Below are positions 58,401 to 64,000 of a stretch of 64,000 bases of DNA, in pieces. The stretch lies in the NCBI RefSeq assembly GCF_009914755.1, contig NC_060927.1, one strand, 5' to 3'. The number at the start of each line of letters is the position of its first letter. The stretch's first letter is position 1. The position numbers and the translations under genes are program-made. Below the pieces are notes generated by a model that did not search any database, had not been told where the DNA came from, and worked only from the letters and a program-made list of their open reading frames with translations. This stretch comes from the human T2T-CHM13v2.0 reference genome, Homo sapiens.

Positions 58401-61400
58401 TTTTTCAAAAAACCAGCTCCTGGACTCATTGAATTTTTTTTTGGAGGACTTTTCATGTCTCTGTTTCCTTCAGTTCTTCTCTGATCTTAGTTATTTCTTG
58501 TCTTCTGCTAGCTTTTGGATTTGTTTTCTCTCTAGCCCTTTTACTTGTGATGTTAGGGTGTCAATTTAAGAACTTTCTAGCTTTCTGATGTGGGCATTTA
58601 GTGCTATAAATTTCCCTCTTAACAATGCTTTAGCTGTGTCCCAGAAATTCTGGTACATTGTCTCTTTGTTCTCATTGTTTTCAAAGAACTTCTTGATTTC
58701 TGCCTTAATTTCATTATTTACCTGGGAGTCATGTAGGAGCAGGTTGCTCAGTTTCCATGTAGCTGTGTGGTTTTGAGTGAATTTCATAATCCTGAGTTAT
58801 AATTTGACTGCACTGTGGTCTGAGAGACTGTTTGTTATGATTTCAGTTATTTTGCGTTAGCTGGGGAGTGTTTTACTTCCAATTATGTGGTCGATTTTAG
58901 AGTAAGTGCCAGGTGGCACTGAGAAGAATGTATATTCTGGTGATTTGGGATATAGTGTTCTGTAGACATCTACTGGGTCCACCTCATCCAGAGCTGAGTT
59001 CAAGTCCTGAATATCCTTGTTAATTTTCTGTCTTATTGACCTGTCTAATACTGACAGTGGGGTGTTATAGTCTCACACTATTATTGTGTGGAAGTCTAAG
59101 TCTCTTTGTACATCTCTAAGAACTTGTTTTATGAATCTGGGTGCTCCTCTATTAGGTGCATATATATTTAAAATATTTAGCTCTTCCTGTTGAATTGTTC
59201 CCTTTACCATTATGTAATGCCCTTCTTTGTCTTTTTTGATCGTTGCTGGTTTAAAGTCTGTTTTGTCAGAGACCAGGATTGCAATCTCTGCTTTTTTTTT
59301 TGCTTTCCATTTGCTTGGTAAATTTTCCTCCATCCCTTTATTTTGAGCCTATGTATGTCTTTGCACATAAGATGGGTCTCCTGAATACAGCACCCCAATG
59401 GGTCTTGACAATTTATCCAATTTGCCAATTTGTCTTTTAACTGGGATATTTAGCTCATTTATATTTAAAATTAGTATTGTTATGTGTAAATTTGATCCTG
59501 TTATGATGTTATCTGGTTATTTTGCACACTAGTTGATGCAGTTTCTTTTTAGTGTCATTGGTCTTTATATTTTGTTGTGTTTTGCAGTGGCTAGTACAGG
59601 TTTTTCCTTCCCATATTTAGTGCTTCCTTCAGGAACTTTTGGAGGGCAGGCCTGGTGGTGATGAAATCCCTCAACATTTGCTTGTCTGGAAAGGAATTTA
59701 TTTCTCCTTCACTTATGAAGCTTAGTTTGGCTGGATATGAAATTCTGGGTTGAAAATTAATTCATTTAAGAATGTTGAATATTGGCCCCCACCCTGTTCT
59801 GGCTTGTAGGGTTTCTACAGAGAGATCTGCTGTTGGTCTGATGGGCTTCCCTTCGTAGGTGACCTGGCCTTTCTCTGTGGCTGTCCTTAACAGTTTTTCC
59901 TTTATTTCGACCTTGGAGAATCTGATGATTATGTGTCTTGGGGTTGATCTTCACATGAAGTATCTTAGTGGTGTTCTCTGTATTTCCTGAATTTGCATGT
60001 TGGCCTATCTTGCCAGGTTGGGGAAGTTCTCCTGGATAATATCCTGAAGTGTGTTTTCCAGTTTGTTTCCATTCTCCCCGTCTCCTTCCGGTACTCCAGT
60101 CAATCATAGGTTTGGTCTTTTTATGAGGTCCCATATTTCTTGGAGGCTTTGTTCATTCCTTTTCATTCTTTTTTTTTTTTTTCTAGTCTTGTCTGAATGT
60201 CTTATTTCAGCAAGGTGGTCTTCAACCTCTGATATCCTTTCTTCTGCTTGGTTGATTCAGTTATTGGTACTTGTGTATGCTTCACGAAGTTCTCATGCTG
60301 TTTTTCAGCTCCATCAGGTCATTTATGTTCCTCTCTAAACTGGTTATTCTAGTTAGCAACCCCTCTAACCTTTTATCAAGTTTCTCCGCATCTTTGTATT
60401 GGGTTAGAACAGGCTCCTCTAGCTCAGCGTAGTTTCTTGTTGCCCATCTTCTGAAGCTTACTTCTGTCAATTTGTCCATCTGATCCTCTGTCCAGTCTGT
60501 GTCCTTGATGGAAATAATGTTGCGATCATTTGGAGAAGAGGCACTCTGGCCTTTTGGGTTTTCAGCATTCTTTCATTCATTCTTTTTCATCTTTGTGAGT
60601 TTGTCTAGATTCAATTTTTGAGGCTGCTAACCCTTGGATGGGTTTTGTTGGGGGCTTTATTTGTTGTTGATGCTTTGTTGTTGCTTCTGTTAGTTTGTTT
60701 TACTTTCAATGGTCAGGTCCCTCTTCTGCAGGGCTGCTACAGTTTGTTAGGGGTTCACTTCAGGTCCTATTCATCTGATTCACTCCCACGCCTGGAGATG
60801 TCACTCAAGGCGGCTATAGAAGAGGAAAGATGGGTGTCTGCCCTTTCTTCTGGGAACTCTGACCTCGAGGGGCTCCAATCTGATGCCAGTAGGATCGCTT
60901 CTGTATAGGGTATCTGACAACCCCTCTTGGAGGATCTCACACAGTTGGGTGACATGGAGAAGGGGATGTATTTAATGAAGCACTTTGTCCTTGGTGGAGA
61001 GGGTGTGCTTTGCTTGTGGGAAACCCGCTCATCTGGGCTGCTCTGATTCCTCAGAACTACCAGGAGGAAAGGCTAAGTCTGCTGCTCCGGAGACTATGGC
61101 CACCTCTCCCCCAGGGGCTCATTTCCAGGGAGATCCAGGTTCTATCCCTGAGCCTCTGGCTGGAGTTATTGGAGTTCTTGCAAGGAAGCCCTTCCCAATG
61201 AGGAAGGATGGGTCAGGGTCAACACACAGATGGCCACAGCCGGTGTGTTGGGCTGTGGAAGACCAAGCTATCCAGCCTCCCTGGCTGCAGCAGGGGAAAA
61301 GCCCAGTCTGGAGCTATTGAGATGGATGCCACCCTTCTCCTGCTCAGGGAGCTTAGTGTGTTAGGCAGTTGAGAGTCTCAGTGTTGGCTGCTGCCCCTCC

Positions 61401-61801
61401 CTCAAGGAGCTCAACTGGCTTAGCAGGCAGTGGCAGCCGGTGCTGGTCACCCCTCCCCTCTGGAGTTCCTTAGTCTTCAGCAGATTCCAGCTGAGAGGCT
61501 GTTGAGAATCTGTGCATTCCAGGGTTGGGACACTAGGCTCCGGTGGCACGGGTTTGCGAGTGGGATCTTCTGATCTGTGGGTTGCACAGTTCCGTGGAGA
61601 AAGCATGGTTTCCCCGGCTGGGTAGCACACTCACTTACTGCCTCCCTTAGCTAGGGAGAGGGGTGTCGCTTGCTCAGTGTGGGTCTCAGGTGGGCTACCA
61701 CACTACACTGTTCTTCCTTCCTCTCATGGCTCATGCCAACCTCTTAGTCAGTTTTGATGAGAGAACCTGAATACCTTGGTTGCTGGTGAAAGATTCACAC
61801 A
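55481..61801 (-). mobile_element. Near-full-length LINE-1 (L1PA8A-like); ORF1 ~60590-59570 and ORF2 ~59504-55698 both disrupted; lacks the first ~70 nt of the 5'UTR
   Basis: ORF-track fragments: endonuclease CCIQETHL / LNIYAPN, RT QGCPLSP and [11 protein letters not shown]-terminal [18 protein letters not shown]; T-rich tail at 55481-55515. Confidence 0.95.
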
Positions 61802-61944
61802 ATGATCACAAGGTCCCACAATAGGCCGTCTGCAAGCTGAGGAACAAGGAAACCAGTTGTGACTCAAAGCTGACAAACTTGAAGTCCTATGTTCAATGGC
61901 ATCCAGCACAGAAGAAAGATGAAGGCTGGGAGCCTGAGCCAGTC
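61802..61944 (-). mobile_element. MLT2A LTR-derived exon 5'-transduced with the L1 (inside the TSD)
   Basis: Reverse complement GACTGG..CCTCAGCTTGCAGACGGCCTATTGTGGGACCTTGTGATCAT aligns to window positions 1-132; TSD TTGAACACCCATATCTT at 55464-55480 and 61945-61961. Confidence 0.88.
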
Positions 61945-62802
61945 TTGAACACCCATATCTTAACAATCTTTTTAAGTTTCAGGAACTTGAAATATTATCA
62001 TTATCACCTATGATGTGATATATAATAAATATTCTATCAGTGTTAGTGGAAGGCAAGGCCTAAGGAGGTTGAAATGTATATAATCATTTTCTCAGCCATT
62101 CTTGTTGCCAGAGTTTGGGCATGTGATTTGAGCTACATCTATCAGATGCACTGCCCTAGACTTTGAATTAAGAGTAAAAGGTTAAACCATTTGGGGACAA
62201 TAAGTATCTCTTTCTCTTGTTCAGGCTAATTGCAGCAAGATGGACTCTGAGGTGGCATGTGCTTCATGCCAATTACTGATCTAGTGCTATTAGTGTCAGT
62301 AGAACCACATCTAGATTACAGTGGAGATGGTCATGGTTTTCTCACCTGTTTTGAGCAGTGATTTGGGACATTGTTACTGACACTGAAAACTCAATTAGCG
62401 GAAGTTAGTTTCTTTTATTTCAACTAAGGGCCCTTAGAGTCAACTCAAATTGGTACCAAAACCCTTTCAGATTTTCAGAAAATCTTCATTAGTTACCTGG
62501 ATTAAAGGCAAGAGAAATAAAAAGTACTATACAGGAATGAGATTCTATTAGCTTGTAGTAAGCTATAGACAGATTAAACCAAACATTTTCCAGAAGTGTG
62601 TAACAAAGGGGGCAGGCTTAAGTGAACCATAGGTTTAATCAAGATAATGATGGCCACAGACTCTAATAAGGGTAAAAAGAGAATAAAGAGGTGGTAGGTT
62701 TAGTGGATTGTAACTTCAGATTAGTTTGAAGTCCATTGGACTAAGTGTTTTAGAAAAAGTTGTTTGAAAAGAGTGGGTTTTATTTAAAGAATTGATTATT
62801 TT

Positions 62803-62992
<190 letters not shown>

Positions 62993-63009
62993 AGAATTGA
63001 CTATTTTAA

Positions 63010-63700
63010 TTTCAGATGTTGGTATGTGTACAGTTCTCCTCTGCTGATACTTGCTCTATTCATACCACACATTTTAATTTTACATAGGCTGTAAGTCTAT
63101 TAATTATTGTCTTTTTTTAAGCACAATTATCTTTTAAATATATTTAAATAATGTGATAAAAGATTATTATACTTACGCACTTACCATTTCTGCTATTTCT
63201 TGCATTTTTGTGGGGATTCACAGTGACATCTGGCATCATTTTTCTTGCTGAAGGACTAATTTTGACATTTCTTTCTCTTAGTCAGGCTAAGGAGTTGGCT
63301 GAGATGATGTGGTCTGACAAGCAAAATTGACTTTCTTGTAGTACAGATCTGCTGTATTGCTTCAGCTTTCCTACTTCTGACTTTGTAAGATTTGTTTCAG
63401 CTTTTGCATGACTGAGAATGTCTTGATTTGGTCTTTGTATTTGAAAAATATTCCTTTTTTCTTTTATTACTTTAAATAAATTGCTTCACAATTTTCTCAC
63501 TTGAATTGTTTCAAGTGAGAAATCTGCTGTCCAGTTTAATCTGTACATGATGTGTCTTTTTCCTCTGGCTATTTTTAAGACGTTATCACTGGTTTTAAGC
63601 CGTTTAACTAAGGTGTTGTGTTGTGTTTCCATGCTTGACTTTGAACTTCTTGGATCTGTGGGTTCATTTATTTTCCATTTTTTTACAACATCAAAAAATT
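63010..63700 (-). mobile_element. Ancient L1M fragment (5'/ORF1 region)
   Basis: TTTCTTGTAGTACAGATCTGCTG..TGAGAAATCTGCTGT..TCTGGCTATTTTTAAGA..CTTCTTGGATCTGTGGGTT. Confidence 0.5.
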
Positions 63701-63825
63701 GTTTTTATTAGTTATTAACATAAGAAAATAAATTAACATTCAGCTATTCATTTTAAAACTTTAATTTAAAGATATAACTTTTTTCTGTGTTTCCAAAGCA
63801 ATAGTTTTTGAATATTTGTGTATGT

Positions 63826-63826
63826 G

Positions 63827-63860
<34 letters not shown>
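63826..63860. repeat. (TG)n microsatellite
   Basis: Direct inspection. Confidence 0.9.
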
Positions 63861-63863
<3 letters not shown>

Positions 63864-64000
63864 TTAGTGAGTCTTGACTGCTGGATCATCTCAGTATCTC
63901 TCATTCACCAGGTAAATGATTTCAGTATCTCAGTATCATTCATAGGCTATAACTAACTTCTTTATCTGGAAGTTATTTACTTAAACTGGCTCTGCTATAA

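Noticed and set aside
55698-60590. L1 ORF1/ORF2 as active coding sequences
   Set aside because: Multiple stops and frameshifts; ORF2 start mutated to ATA
63275-63335. Short insert in old L1 with ATGATG...CTGA (C/D-box-like)
   Set aside because: Boxes only 4 nt apart with no terminal stem; not a snoRNA

Overview
Primate (human/great-ape-like) AT-rich, gene-poor, repeat-dense genomic DNA with no evident multi-exon protein gene. It contains, in order: the end of an MLT2 (ERVL) LTR inserted in a decayed class I ERV (pol-env-3'LTR, 217-4810); many Alu, MaLR, L2, old L1 and DNA-transposon fossils; a ~3.2-kb AT-rich compound minisatellite (41.7-44.9 kb); an intronless WDR82 retrocopy on the minus strand with an uninterrupted 315-aa ORF and a preserved CpG island (50.2-52.9 kb; probably the locus annotated WDR82P1); and a near-full-length L1PA8A-like LINE-1 (minus). 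Three observations stand out. (1) The L1 carries, inside its 17-bp target-site duplication, a 5' MLT2A exon that ends exactly at the LTR splice donor, i.e. a fossil of an LTR-promoted, spliced, retrotransposed L1 mRNA. (2) The WDR82 'pseudogene' looks like a possibly functional retrogene. (3) An AluSq fused to an L1 3' tail shows a strand-biased T>C excess with ADAR-like context. Subfamily names rely on recalled consensus sequences and are tentative.
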